Source: the human T2T-CHM13v2.0 reference genome, Homo sapiens. Taken from it: DNA of 64,000 nucleotides. Below the pieces are notes generated by a model. That model worked only from the letters and a program-made list of their open reading frames with translations. It searched no databases and was not told the DNA's origin. The stretch is taken from assembly GCF_009914755.1 (NCBI RefSeq), contig NC_060925.1; one strand, written 5' to 3'. The translations under genes and the position numbers were made by a program. This document shows positions 42,606 to 59,320 of this stretch, piece after piece; position 1 is the stretch's first letter, and each line of letters begins with the position of its first letter.

Positions 42606-42799
42606 GTCAGGTCTCCATTTTTTCCCTCCTGAGCCAACTTCAGAAAATTAGTCCCCATAAAATACATCTGATTGCTTATTTAGTCATAGGGTGCTGATGC
42701 TTGGACAGTACAATCAGGTAAGCTGTGGATAAGAGCTATTTACCTGCACATAAATGCCATCAGCACATACATTTGAGCAGCCTGGGCTTTGCTCCCACA

Positions 42800-43060
42800 C
42801 TCATTGATTCAGCAGATAGCCACTGAGCAACTTTGTGTTCTGAGTACTGTGCTGAGTGCTGGAAACATAGCAAAAAAGACAGACATGGTCCCTGATCTCA
42901 AGAAACTTAATGTCTAATGAAAGCCACCAAAAGATATTTTGAAAACCTGTGTGACAAGTTCTAACAAGTGCTGCACAGGAAGCATACATAAGATTTGAGA
43001 ATATCTTAATAAAAGGACCCAACAAGGGTAGAGTGAGTCAGGGAAGAGTTCTCTGATAAA
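42800..43060 (-). mobile_element. L2 3' fragment
   Basis: tcattgattcagcagata...gacatggtccctgatctcaagaaactta. Confidence 0.6.
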
Positions 43061-43510
43061 TTATAACTGTTTTATGAGCTTCTTCCTTCTAATTCATGGC
43101 AAATGCCATTTCTCCCAAATGACCTAAATTTTGATAACCCTTGCAAAATAACACATGGAAGAGTCACACTCAAGTGGACCACAAAGAAGAAGTGCAACCA
43201 GCTGATGCCCAGGTGTGGAGGCTGTAACTTATTTCTGGAAATATGAGCTTGGAGGAGAATGAAGCTGAAGTGATAGAAGAATAAAAACAATCCAAGGATG
43301 GAAGTGTACAGCACTCAAGATAATGAATTGTCTCTGGTCTGACAAATCGGAAGTGGTAACCACCATCATCTTACCTGAATTCCTCTAGTTTCCCCCAGAT
43401 GGCCATCCCTGCTATATCTTTAATCCCTACCACAACCATGAACATTTCGGAAATTCTCAGAAAAAGATTGGCCCCAAATTACAGTAGGTCCTAAGAAATT
43501 CTTCCTCTCA

Positions 43511-43819
<309 letters not shown>

Positions 43820-44053
43820 GAAACCAGGTGTTTGAGTCCCTACTATGTGCCAGATACTGTGGTTGGTGCTGAGGACACAATAGTACAATAGTAATAACAA
43901 ATAGAATCTTGGAAAAAAGACCAAATACCTGTAACCTTGAATCAAAATATATGAAAGTGGCAGTCAAGAGGATGGCAGTTGACATGGCAGAGCCAAGAAC
44001 AATGAGACCAACACTGGGAGAAGTACAGTGGTGAGTGTCTACAGGAGGGAAGC

Positions 44054-44642
44054 CAGTCACGCCCCACATAACGGTCAACAATGGGCCGTATGTACAGCGT
44101 GGTCCCGGAAGATTCTGTATAATGGAGCTGAAAGTGTTCTATCACCTAAGGAGGTCATAGCCATTGTAACATTGTAGTGTGACACATTACTCGCGAGATT
44201 ATGGTGACGCTGGCTGGTGTAAACGAACCTACTGTGCTGCCAGTTGTATAAAAGTATACAGTAATGTCCTAGCCATTCATGTTCACTCCCCACTCACTCA
44301 CAGCAGCCTCCAGTCCTGCAAGCTCCATTCATGGTAAGTGCCCTATATACACATTCCATTTTCTATCTTTTATACTGTGATTTTACTGTTTTCTATATTT
44401 AAGTTTGTTTAGATACCACAAATTCTTACCATTTGTGTTACAACTGCCTACAACGTTCAGTACAGTAACATGCTGTACAGCTTTGTAGTCTAGGAGCAAT
44501 AGACTACACCATATAGCGTAGGTGTGTAGCAAGCTATACCATTTAGGTTTGTGTGAGTGCATTCTACGATGTTCACACAACAATGAAGTCACCTAACGAT
44601 GCATTTCTCAGAACATATCCCAGTGGTTAAGCATGCATGACT
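44054..44642 (-). mobile_element. Tigger3/Golem non-autonomous DNA transposon, both ends present
   Basis: cagtcacgccccacataacg ... ggttaagcatgcatgact terminal inverted repeats. Confidence 0.85.
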
Positions 44643-46287
44643 CTGCTGAGGAGAAACAGCTAATGCCCTACAAAGTCCCAGCAAAGCTCAGGAATTGGAG
44701 GCACTGGCTGCCACAGTAAAAGGTGCAAAACACGGAGATTGTTTCACCATTCGCTGGGTGTCCAGGCTGTGCAGCCAAGGTCAAAAGGCAGATACGTGCC
44801 TCCCAGGGAAGAGACCAGTGCATGACTCAAGGTCACTGAGGACAGACAACACACACATCAGGCTCAGGTGGCACAGTGTTTATTTACACCAAGAGGAGAC
44901 AGTGCAGGAGGTTCAGCCCCTTGCAATGCATCAGCCCTACAAGGGCAGTAGATCCGCTCCACCGTGAACACAGGCGATGTGACTGCAAGTGCCCCACTTT
45001 GTGCTGCAGTGGAAGGACCCTCCGTCTCCGCCATGGGGTCTGAAAGGCAGAAAGCTGGGTGTGTATGAGGACCATTGACACATGAGCTTAAGCAGAACAA
45101 AGGAGTACACGTTGAGTCTGCAGTAGGACAAGATATTCCCGCTCATGGAGATAAGCCCCGCACAGGCTGTAGTGCTCTTATCTCTCAGTAAGGAAGTGTT
45201 CCAGGCCCATTCTCACGTGATTGTGCAAGGGCAGGAAGCTGCACACGATTGCCTTTCCCAACAGGGAAGAAAATAGAGAAGTTGATGGCAAGTCTGATTG
45301 GAACAGTTAGACCACCCAGGTACCCACCCCTCCCAGCGGATCCAGGTGACTGCCTGTGCTCTCTTCAGTGCTCTCAGGAGGTGAGTAATTCTCTGGAGAA
45401 GTTAAACCACAGAGGTCCTGAACTTGAGGACTCTAGACACAATGAAGCATGGAAGTCAGGCAACAGACTGAAGATAAGGATGAAGTTAAAGTTGATGGAT
45501 GGAGTGAGGGACCCAGCCAGGCTTAGCCACAACCCTCTCCCACAGGAAGGAGACTGGAGGACCCTCCTCTGGAAAAACTGGCCACAGAGGAAAGGCCTAT
45601 AGTTACTGTCATTTGGAGAGGTCTCCAAAGAAAAAGCTGGCTTGCCCCCAATCTCCTTCCCATGAAATCCACCAGCCAAAAAGCCCCACCCATGCGCACT
45701 GAGTTGCTCATCACATTTTTAGCACATCGCTCATATGTGAACAAATAGCCACCCATCTCCAGACTTCAGAGGGAAGGCACCAATATGAAATAGGCCAAAT
45801 CAAAAAGAAAAAAGAGGGATTCTGGTGAAACAACTGCATGGCACAGAAGAAAACCTCATAAGAGATTTTCAAACTATAATTAAAATCCTCAGCTGAAATA
45901 ATATTGCATCATGAAATGGGATTAGGATGCCCTAAAAGATTAACGAGTCAGAAGTCATGATTAAACTCTTGAAAATTAAAAGTAGGCAACCGTAATTCAA
46001 AATTCAATAGAAAGTCTGAAAATAAAGTTGAAGAAATCTGGAAAGTAAAACAACAACAAAAAATAGATAAAATTAGCGAACCAATCCAGGAAATCCAATG
46101 TCAAATTAACTGGATATCTAAAAAGAATAGAGAAAACACAAAACTATACAAGAAAAAATTCCAGAACTTAAATATGTGATTTTCCAGTTGGAAATGGTCT
46201 AATGAGTACCCAGCATAATAGATGAAAATAAACCCACACTAGGACATATCATTATGAAATGTCAACTCCATAGGTAAAGAAATTATC

Positions 46288-46588
46288 CGGCTGGACACGG
46301 TGGCTCACGCCTGTAATCTCAACACTTTGGGAGGCTGAGGCAGGTGGATCACGAGGTCAGGAGTTTGAGACCAGCCTGACCAACATGGTGAAACACCATC
46401 TCTTCTAAAAATACAAAAATTAGCCAGGCATGGTGGTGCATGCCTGTAATCCCAGCTACTCAGGAGGCTGAGTAGGAGAATCCCTTGAACTCAGGAGGAG
46501 GAGGTTGTAGCAAACCAAGATCACGCCACTACACTCCAGCCTAGGCAATGGAGACCACTCTGTCTCAAAAAAAAAAAAAAAAAAAAAA
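46288..46588 (+). mobile_element. Alu (AluS-like)
   Basis: Full dimer, poly-A. Confidence 0.92.
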
Positions 46589-47014
46589 ATCCTAAAAGTT
46601 TCTAAAGAGGAAAAATAAAACACCACATGTAAAAGGTTAGGAATAAAATGTCATTACTGCCCTGAAGAGCAGCATTGGAGACTTAAGAAAATAGAGCAAC
46701 ATTTTCAAAAACAGTAAAAATTATTTCAGCCAACCTGTGAATCCAGTGTAAAGGTAGAATATGGGCATTTTCAGAAATGCATGCTTTCAGAAAAGCATGC
46801 TTCCCATGCATCCTTTCTCAGAGGGCATCAACCATGAAGCATAAAGACTGGAGGTCCAGAAGCAGGGAATCCAACCCGGGAAAAGCGTGAGGGTGAGGGA
46901 CATTCCCAGGATGACCGCTGTCTGGCAGGCCTAGAGAGCCAGCAGTCCAGTCCAGAACAGGAAGGAAGGTCTCCCGCAAGAAAGGAGGAGAGGGGAGCAA
47001 ATACTCATTTTTTA

Positions 47015-47310
<296 letters not shown>

Positions 47311-47483
47311 AGGAAAAACAAAGCACCATACAAGTAAGGAACAACCATGGTGTGCTTCTTGGCTCAGCAATGAACAATATTTATAGTTACAATAATGTAA
47401 ACATCGAATATTGTGATGTCACTACTTTGGGAAGACAGAGGAAGGGAAGTATCAGCTAAGTCTGCATCTACCCTATTAGGAAG

Positions 47484-47844
47484 TGTGATGGTTAATTTTA
47501 TGTGTCAACTTGGCTAGACAACAATACCCAGCTATTTGGTCAAACATCAGTCTAGATGTTTCTGTGAAGATATTTTTCAGGTAAGATTAACAGTTAAATG
47601 GGTAGATTTTGAATACAGCAGATTCCCCTCCACAATGTGGTGGGCCTCTGCCTGCAGACTCCAGCTGCACATCAACTCTTTCCTGGGTCTCCAGCCTGCC
47701 AGCCTGCTCTGCAAGTTTGCTTCTCGCTAGCCCTCACAACTGCATGAGCCAATTTACATGTGCACACACACACAAATGCACATATATGTATACGCACATG
47801 CAAATCCTACTGGTTCTACTATCTGGGGAACCTTGAGTAATACA
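47484..47844 (+). mobile_element. MLT2 (ERVL) solo LTR
   Basis: TGTGATGGTTAATTTTATGTGTCAACTTG...TAATACA with 5-bp TSD GGAAG. Confidence 0.88.
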
Positions 47845-47896
47845 GGAAGTCAGTAGCTAAAGTCTGAAACTAATAACTCAAGAGTCAGCATATATA

Positions 47897-48228
<332 letters not shown>

Positions 48229-48334
48229 TAATACAGAGTTGAACACCAGAACAAAGACGTTAAAATGAAATGGTTAACAATGTGTGCCCTTGGCAAGTGG
48301 GATGATGATGAGAGGAATGGGGCTGAAATTGACT

Positions 48335-48336
<2 letters not shown>

Positions 48337-48377
<41 letters not shown>

Positions 48378-48409
48378 TGTGTGTATGTGTATGTTGTGTG
48401 TGTGTGTGT
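48337..48409. repeat. (TG)n microsatellite
   Basis: Directly visible. Confidence 0.95.
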
Positions 48410-48914
48410 AAAAACCTTTTTTTGCTATGTACAAGTATCATCTGATAATAAAAATTAATATTCTCTCCCAAATAACAAAGCATCACCAAAGAGGACATAT
48501 TCCACATGTCTTAATTTCCCTCTCTGCTAAGTGCTGCACGGGGCACATTTAGATAAAATTATACTCCCTTTTATAATTTAAAAACTATTCCAATTCTATT
48601 ATCTGCTGAAATTAAGAAGCTAAATTTGGGTTGGGGCTTTTTAAACAAAATATTTTTTATTTCAAGTATAAATTAGACTCAAAGTAATTAAAAAGCTTTG
48701 CTGTTGTGCATAATTTAAGTGGTATATTTAACACAATTCAAGCATTCTTAGTGCTTTTTTGTATTAAAAGAAAAAGATGTGCATTTGGTGTAGGCAGACA
48801 GTATAGGGAAAAGAATTGTCAGGTTGTGTCACTAACCAGCAGCCTCCGTGTGTCAATCTGTGTAGAACTACACCAGGGAGGCCAAGATTTCTTTCTCTTG
48901 GTTCTGTAACTCTA

Positions 48915-49212
48915 ATTTTTTTTTTTTTTTTTGAGACAGAGTTTTGTTCTTGTCGCCCAGGCTGGAGTGTAGTGGCTCGATCTTGGCTCACTGCAACCTC
49001 CACCTCCAGTTCAAGCGATTCTCCTGCCTCAGCCTCCCAAGTAGCTGGGATTACAGGCACCCACCACCATGCCTGGCTAATTTTGTATTTTTAGTAGAGA
49101 TGGAGTTTCATCATATTGGCCAGGCTGGTCTCGAACTCCTGACCTTATGTGATCTGCCTGCCTCAGCCTCCCAAAGTGCTGGGATTATAGGCATGAACAA
49201 CCGCACCCGGCC
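48915..49212 (-). mobile_element. Alu (AluS-like), antisense
   Basis: Reverse Alu; TSD ctgtaactcta. Confidence 0.92.
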
Positions 49213-49281
49213 TGTAACTCTATTTTCTATTAAAGTATATTTTGTTGTTGTGATACTGGCACCTTTTGTGAGTATGAATCA

Positions 49282-49600
<319 letters not shown>

Positions 49601-49937
49601 TTATGCAACTTATCCTTTCACCTGAAGAATACATGTCAGGAAATCAAAACCAGTCTTTTAACTCTAAATGCGTTACAGGATTCTTAGTTTCCACAACACA
49701 AACGGGTATGTGTGATGACCCATTTTAAATACAGTCAAAATATTTTTTAAAATAATTATCATCTAAATAACTTCCCCAACTGGTCTGTCAGTGCTACTGC
49801 TACTGTTTTGAGAAAATTAATTCAAACAATTAGATGAGCCAAATGGAATTAGAACTTTGAATTCCTACTGCAAGTCTCAAAGTTGAACTTCTTCACTTAG
49901 AGAAAAGGGGTAGAAAAGGCACTTACTCAAGAATTCT

Positions 49938-50240
49938 GACTGGGAGTGGTGGCTCACACCTGTAATCCCAGCACTTTGGGAGGACAAGGTGGGAGGACTG
50001 CTTGAGCTCAGGCATTCAAGACCGTCCTGGGCAACATAGCAAGACCTCATCTCTACTAAAAGTAAAAAGAAAAATTAGCTGGGCTTGGTAGTGTGCACCT
50101 GTAGCCCCAGCTACTGGGGTTGGTGGGTGCTAAGATCGAGGCTGCAGTGAGCTGTGATTAGGCCACTGCACTCCAGCCTGCCTCAAATGAGGTCTCAGAA
50201 TGAGACCCTGCCTCAAAAAAAATTAAAAATTAAAAATAAA
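49938..50240 (+). mobile_element. Alu (AluJ-like), rearranged right arm
   Basis: Alu similarity. Confidence 0.85.
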
Positions 50241-51684
50241 GAATTCCTTGGGAGCTGCAAGATTGTATTATCCCTGCTTCTGACTTGAGAGATCATTATC
50301 TTGTTAATTCTACTTCCCAAACTATACATAACATGAGGGTTTAAGAGGTATTTGCAGGATTTTTATGATTTGGGGAGACCCAGAACAGAAGATGGGAGGA
50401 TCTGCTGGTTTCCAATGAAGAAGCTGAACCCTTGAAGGGTTTTGCTCTTCAAAGAGGGGCCAGCAAATGGAAACAAGATCATTTCGGTTTCTATCTCTTT
50501 GTTTATAAAAACAGCTAAGGGTTTCTCTGCCTATAGAGTAGTCGTTCTCTTGTTTCTTTACTTCTCAAATAAATAAATAAATGAAAAAGCTAAGGATCTC
50601 AATGTGTGAAATAACCATTATGAAAAGTAAATTACTGAGAAGACCTGAGGGCAAGCTAATACGCATTTAACTGTAAGAAACAAGTTACTTGCCTCAAAGT
50701 CTCAACAACAGGAGTTTATAATTCTCTTGTAACAAGGACTCCAGAGGCGGACAATGCCAGCGCTGGCCAATGGCTTTGCAGCATCAGGGTTTGGGTCAGC
50801 TCCTCCTTGATTCTCTTGGTCCAGGTGGCCACAGCAGCTCCAGTGTCCCGTCCTCACACAAGGTCCAATGTGAGAAGGGAGGGAGGGAACATCTCGTTAC
50901 CTTATTCCCTCCTTTCATCAGAGAGTAAAATTATTCTGAGAAATTACACCTTTAAAATAAATCAAATAATTTTTTTAAAAATGGACAATTTAAAAAATAA
51001 CATTAAAATTACTGTGTTAGGAAAGTGTTCATAAGAGCAAAAAAGTTTAAAAAGTAATTCTTTTAAATTAAAAAAAATGTTTTTAGGAGTCCCTGGCAAA
51101 CTTGCCCTCATGTGTCATTGGCCAGGAATGGGGCTCACGAATGATCACCACAAATCATAAGGGAGACTCAGAGAGCAAGTGTCTAGAACTTTGGGCTGTA
51201 AAAGTAGAAGGTAGGTTCTTTGGGTAAAGAAGAAGAGTGGGGAAACAGCTGTCAATTTCACAACCAGCAGTGTCTGCCAATGAATAAATGTATCCTAAGC
51301 TGCTGACTTTCTTGGCAAAATCATGAGTTTATGAATAAATAAAGGTGTAACTGAGTAGTCATTGCCGACCTGTTGCATCATCACACCAACACCCTTCCGC
51401 ATGTTCTACTATGACCAGAAGGGCCTTGAACACTCATCTTTTCCATCCTTCCACCCTTGGGCACAATTGCATGTGAAACAGCCCCCAAATGGAGCAATTT
51501 CTCCAGCCTAAATCACCAGAGAAGAAGCCATCATTCCTGACCTCATTCATTGGCCAGAAGGTCTTCAAATTTCCCAGGAGGGCAGTCCTTGCCCTAGCAT
51601 GACTTATGATCAGGCTGTGTAGACAAAACACACACGTGTTAATAAGTAAAGGACGCCGTTAGGTAATGCCCATCCAGGGCTGGG

Positions 51685-52790
<1,106 letters not shown>

Positions 52791-53548
52791 TTATAGATTC
52801 AGGGTCTTCCGCGGTGGGAAAGACAACTGTGGCTTATGGTACTAAGAGCCCTTTCAAGAGGAGGCCTAGGAGGGTGTTTCATGCGGAGGGAGGTGTGAGC
52901 AGAAGCAGAAAGGCAGGCTGTTTTGATTGGAAGGCTGGGGCAATGGGGCTGGAGAGGTGTGATGGGACTACACCATGGACATTTGAAGCTGCATTTAACA
53001 AATGATTTCTCCTGTCAGTTCTTCAGCAACCTCACAGTGACAGCTGTGCTGGCAGGGAAGAACGTCTGAGTGGTGGGAGGCAGGTGGCTGGGGTAAGGTC
53101 CACTGGCCACTGTCAAGGGGCCTCACTGAGGGGCCTTAACTACTTGGGACAATTTGCCACCACCAGGGTCTGCCCCCCAACCTGATAGGGTTAGAAACCA
53201 GAACACATCCGTGCTCCCACAGATGAGCAGGCCCTCTGGAGAAGTCAGAATAAGTCACGTGAATTGGAAGAATGAGCCAGAAAGCCACCTTACTAACTCA
53301 GAGTGAATCCCAATTGCCCCATCCTCTTTCCACAGCCACGCCCCTCCCCTTGCCTATCCCCCGAGGCACAGCAATAATTGGTGGTAAGTTTGGTTAGCAC
53401 AGAAATGGAGCCAAGTCTTGAGGAGCATTTCACCCAGGAATGGTGGGCCCGGGAAATCCTCTCTTCCCACTCATGCCTGGGCTGCTCCTGTCTCCATGCC
53501 ACCTCTCTCCCTCCTGGACGATGCTGACCCTGACAGCCGCCACATTCA

Positions 53549-54110
<562 letters not shown>

Positions 54111-54499
54111 CCTCTCCAGACGCCTTTACTCCTATGTTTCTATTCGTCCATTGTTCCATTTCTTGGAACATCTTCCTCGGGCCTCAGAACACGTTCCACC
54201 TCCTCCTTTGGCACTTCTGAGTGGACACCCTCAGTCGCCAGCCAGACCACCACATCCTAGAAAAGACCCCAAGGACTCTCCATGGCAAAACTAGAATCTT
54301 TACATGCCACCCCATTTGTTCAGAATAGAACCCAAGCCCCTAGTGGGCTGCAAGGCGCCCCCCACAGCCTGGGCTCACGTCCCCATTACACACCCTCCTC
54401 AGGCCAGCGTCGGGATCACTTGGGGGCTATTGAAAATGCGAATATGGTGGCATTTCCCCAGCCTCTGGCCTGGTCTCTTGGCGTTGTTAATAGCGATGA

Positions 54500-54700
54500 T
54501 AAGCAACATGACTGTTTACTCTTGCTAGTCACTTGTTTTACAAGTATTTGTTCACCTAATCCACAAATTACCCTGTGAAACAGAAACTGTTAGTAGACAT
54601 ATTTAATAGACGAGATGGTTGAGGCACCAGGAGGGTAATTAACTTGCTCAATATCATCAGCTAGTAAGTGGTGGAGCTGGATCGGAAACCATTTGTCACG
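54500..54700 (-). mobile_element. MIR
   Basis: taattaacttgctcaatatcatcagctagtaagtggtggagctgga. Confidence 0.65.
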
Positions 54701-55128
54701 TCTATCCCCAGACGCCCAGCAGGTTCACATCTCAGACCTGAAGCTTGTATCTGCTGAAAACAGATGACTCAGGCCTGACTTCCAGGTGTTGGAGCAGAGA
54801 AAAGAGAAAACCAACTGGGTCTGCAGCCTGCACTGGGACCACGCCCTTCTGAGAGCCACTGCGCCCAGGTTAGGACGGCGCAGGTTCAGTTCTGCCACAT
54901 GAATTCAGACCCCACTTCTTCCCAAATAGGGTAAACAAAAGAATGTCAGCCTCAACATCCTGTTCTTTAGAAATCCCTGCTGCTTTCTTCCTTAGCCCCA
55001 CCCACTGTAATACTTTGCTCAAGGTAGGTTTCATAGTGAGTTGAAAGGCAGCCTTCATTTCTCAATATGACAAATTAAACTCTTGTCAAGGGATGCTTTA
55101 TATTTAGCTATTAAAAAGAACCGAAAAC

Positions 55129-55530
<402 letters not shown>

Positions 55531-57707
55531 TCACAGGCAGAAGAATTTTGCAGGGAAGTACATAGAGAATCCTCAAGGTGGTGACGTGCCTGCCACGTTC
55601 CAGGACTGCATGGCTCCCAGCAGCTCATAAGAATCCCACTTTGAGCACTGCAGGGAAAACGGGTCACCTCATCCCTTCCAGCTCAGCTGTGCCCAGGGCC
55701 TAGGACTTCCCACTGGGGACTCTGTGGCTGTTTATTTTAGTCCCTGCTCCTGCCAGCTCTGTGCTTGGCGTCCACCTGAGGCAGCTTCCTGGAGAAACGG
55801 CTGAGCCACAGGGCATTGTCCCCAGACCGCAGAGCAAATGGTGGAGTGCCATGACGATGACAAACATTTACTGAATGTGTAGACATTCCCACTTAATCCT
55901 TGAAAACAGAACACAAAATAGGCTAAGAGCTTACATAATTTGCCTGATGTCACAGTTAATAAGTGGTGGAACTGGCATTCAAACCCAAAACATACGCTTC
56001 GAACCACTCTACGGATCACTGGTGACCAGCTCAGGATGCCAGCAAGAGCAGGCCTCCCATGAGAGAGCGTCGTGCAGTTTGCTGGATACGGTGGGAATGA
56101 CCCATATTTGAGCTCCCAGGGGAGAAGCAAATGGGGGACAGGACTGGACAGCCAAGGTGCAGGGCATCCTCTGGGAAGGCGCGTGGCTCGGAACACAAAG
56201 GCTTCCCGGGTGCAGCATGGGAGGGAGCCCGGGCCAGGCTTCTTGGGTCCACGCCTAGCTCTGCCACTCAGACCCACCCCAGGATCTGTGGGCCCGGGGG
56301 GGAGGATGGAAGGAGGCCATAGACCACATGTCTAAATATTTAAAATACTTTAAAGCTGTCAGTCAAGCCGACAGACATAAGGAGAATACACTCCACCCTC
56401 CTACGTTGACACATAAACTTCTCAATGACCTGGAAGGCCAGGTGTGAATGCAGAACTCTGGGGCTCCACACAGTTCTGTGTCTGGAGGAGGGAGTGTGGG
56501 GAGGCCCATGGCTCGCCCTCCTCTTCCCACGCCCTGCTCTGTCACACCTTCAAAGGGGCCACGTGTGGACAGTGAGACTGCTGGGTTCAAATTCTGTCCA
56601 CACTTTTCATAAAGAGCTGCCCTGCGGCCACCATTTGGGCCCACTGAGGTGGCAGCATGCACCCAAAGGAAGACAGGCCTGGGGAGAGGCCCTGGCAGCA
56701 GCCTCATGGCTGTGTGGGCTGGAATTCCACAGTGTGTGCTCCCAAGTGTAGTCCACAAGCAGGAAGTGAGCCTTCCCCTTGGCTCCGAGGGCTCCTTGCC
56801 TTGTGGGGAGGGCACCGCCAGACAGAGGCCAGAGCAGGCCATCTAAAGCGTGGGGCCCTGGCAGAGGCCCGTCAGGCCTGGCTCTCGGGAGGTTGCTGCC
56901 ACCATTTCCTTATTGTGGAACTTTGGGCACATTAGTCTCTCTGTGCCTCGCCTTCCTCCTCTGTGAATGGAGATGATTACAGTGAGGAATAACCGAGGAA
57001 CAGCGTGCCTATTCAGGATGAGTAAGGTGCTTATGGCGGTGCTCGGAAATAGTAAGTGTGATATAAATGCTCACAATTAAGTGTAATTAGTGTAATTATT
57101 ATTTGGTTTTAGTCAGGGATCTTCAAAGTCGTTAACAGATTGAGTGCTGGAAAAAAAATAAAAAACTCATCCGTTCTCAGGCCAGAGCTTGTAAAGGAAG
57201 AGAAAGTGTGGGAAAGCAGGGAGCAGAAGGGAGTGGGATAGAGGGAACGTGGGGCATTCGCTGCGAATCCACCCAAAAAACATGCACTAGGGAGGCATGT
57301 TTCTAGGCCCCCGGTAACAGGAGTGAGAAAGACAGACGGCGATTCTTGCCTTCATGCACCTTCTTGGCACAGCAGTCAGGGTGGGAGGTGAGAAGGAAGA
57401 TATTTAACAAGGAAACAAAGAAATAAGCATTATCATTCCAGATGGAGACAAGGGGAGTGAAGGAAATCAAACAGGGAAAATCAAGAGAGAATGACTCTGC
57501 AGGAAGGTGGGGTGCAGGCTGGGCCAGGCAGAAGGGAAGAACTACTCTCAGGAGGACTGCCAAGACCTCTCTCAGGAGACAACTGTAAAACTGAGACCTG
57601 AGCGGGGAAAACAAACAACGAATAACAAAAAACCTGAGACCTGAATAATGTGGAGGAATTGACTGTGTAAGAATCAGGGAGAGGGTGTTCAAGAAAACGG
57701 CTGATGA

Positions 57708-58008
57708 GGCCGGGCACGGTGGCTCACGCCTCTAAACTCGGCACTTTGGGAGGCCGAGGCGGGCAGATCGCTTGAGGTCAGGAGTTCGAGACCAGTCTGG
57801 CCAACAAGGTGAAACCCCATCTCTACTAAAATACAAAAATTAGCCAGGCGTGGTGACACGCACCTGTAGTCCCAGCTATTTGGGAGGCTGAGGCAGGAGA
57901 ATCGCTTGAGCCTGGGGAAGTGGAGGTTAGAGTGAGCCGAGATCGCACCACTGCACTCCAGCCTGGGCGACAGAGCGAGACTCTGTCTCAAAAAAAAAAG
58001 AAAAATAA
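57708..58008 (+). mobile_element. Alu (AluS-like)
   Basis: Full dimer. Confidence 0.92.
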
Positions 58009-58260
58009 ACAGGGCTCTGGCATGACTCCTAGGTCTGGGGCCTGAGTAGCAAGCCGGTGTGATGTCTTTACTGAATGAGTCCAGACTAGGGGAGAAATAG
58101 AGTTTGTAAAGAAAACCCACAGTTTCAGTTAGGACATGTCAACTTCAAGATGGCAGTCATTTATTCCAATGGCAATATCGAGTCAGATACATGAATTTTG
58201 AACTCAAGAGTGAATTTAGGGCTAAAAATATAAATTTAGGAGCAGTGGTTCACAGATGTA

Positions 58261-58546
58261 TTTATTTATTTATGTTATTATTATTATTATTTGAGACAAG
58301 AGTCTCGCTGTCACCCAGGCTGGAGTGCAGTGGCATCTTCTGGGCTCAAGCCATCCTCCCACCTCAGCCTCCTGAGGAGCTGGGACTACAGGCATGCACC
58401 ACCACACCTGGCTAATTTTTTGTATTTTTAGTGGAGACAGCTTTTTCCATGTTGCCCAGGCTGGTCTCAAACTCCTGAGCTCAAGCAATCCACTCACCTT
58501 AGCTTCCAAAGTGCTGGGATTACAGGCATGAGCCACCACGCCAGCC
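58261..58546 (-). mobile_element. Alu (AluJ-like)
   Basis: Reverse Alu. Confidence 0.88.
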
Positions 58547-58730
58547 TGCAGATGGTATTTACAAGGGACAAAATCGGATGGGATTGCTTGCAGAGAACGT
58601 GTAGGAGATAAGAAGGCTGAAGGCTGATGGCTGAGGGCCTCTCACATTCAGAGCTGTGGGATGATTAAGAGCCAGTAAAGGAGACTGAGAAGGAGTTGCT
58701 GGGGAAGTAGGAAGAGAACAAGCAGATGAC

Positions 58731-59320
58731 ATGGTAGGCTCAACAGTGGGCACCAGAATGTCCATACCCTAATCTGAGGAACGTGTGAATATGTTACCTT
58801 AGGTGACAAAAGGGACCTTGCAGATGCAACTGAGGTTAAGGAGTTTGGGATGGAGAAATTATCCTGGATTATCTCAGTGGGCCCAATCTAACCACCCGAT
58901 TCTTTACAAATACACAAGGCAGCAGTGGGAGTCAGAGAGGTGTGATGATGAAAGGGGCTCAGAAGATGTAAAACACGAGGAAGAATTGACCCACCACTGC
59001 CGGCTCTCAAGATGGAGAAGCCAAAAATTCAGGTGACCTCTAGAAACTGGGAACGGCCCTCAGCTGACAGCCAGCCCAGACACAGGACCTCAGTCCTTCA
59101 GCCGCAAGGACTGAATTCTTCTAATAAACTGAATGATTAAGGAAATGGATTTGCCCCTAGAACCTCTGGCAAAGAATCTAACTCTGCCAACACTCTGATT
59201 TTAGCCCAGTGAGCCCCATGTTGGATTTCTGAACTACAGAACTATAAAATAATAAATTTGCATAGTTGTAAGCCACAAAATCTGTGGTAATCTGTTATTG
59301 CAGCAAGCCAGTGAATGTAT
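58731..59320 (+). mobile_element. MLT1 (MaLR) LTR
   Basis: gtgaatatgttacctta...ggaccttgcagatg...attatcctggattatct...ttttagcccagtgag...aataaatttg. Confidence 0.85.

Noticed and set aside
55732-56976. Overlapping 100-180 aa ORFs on both strands
   Set aside because: Expected in GC-rich DNA; no recognisable domain or exon structure.
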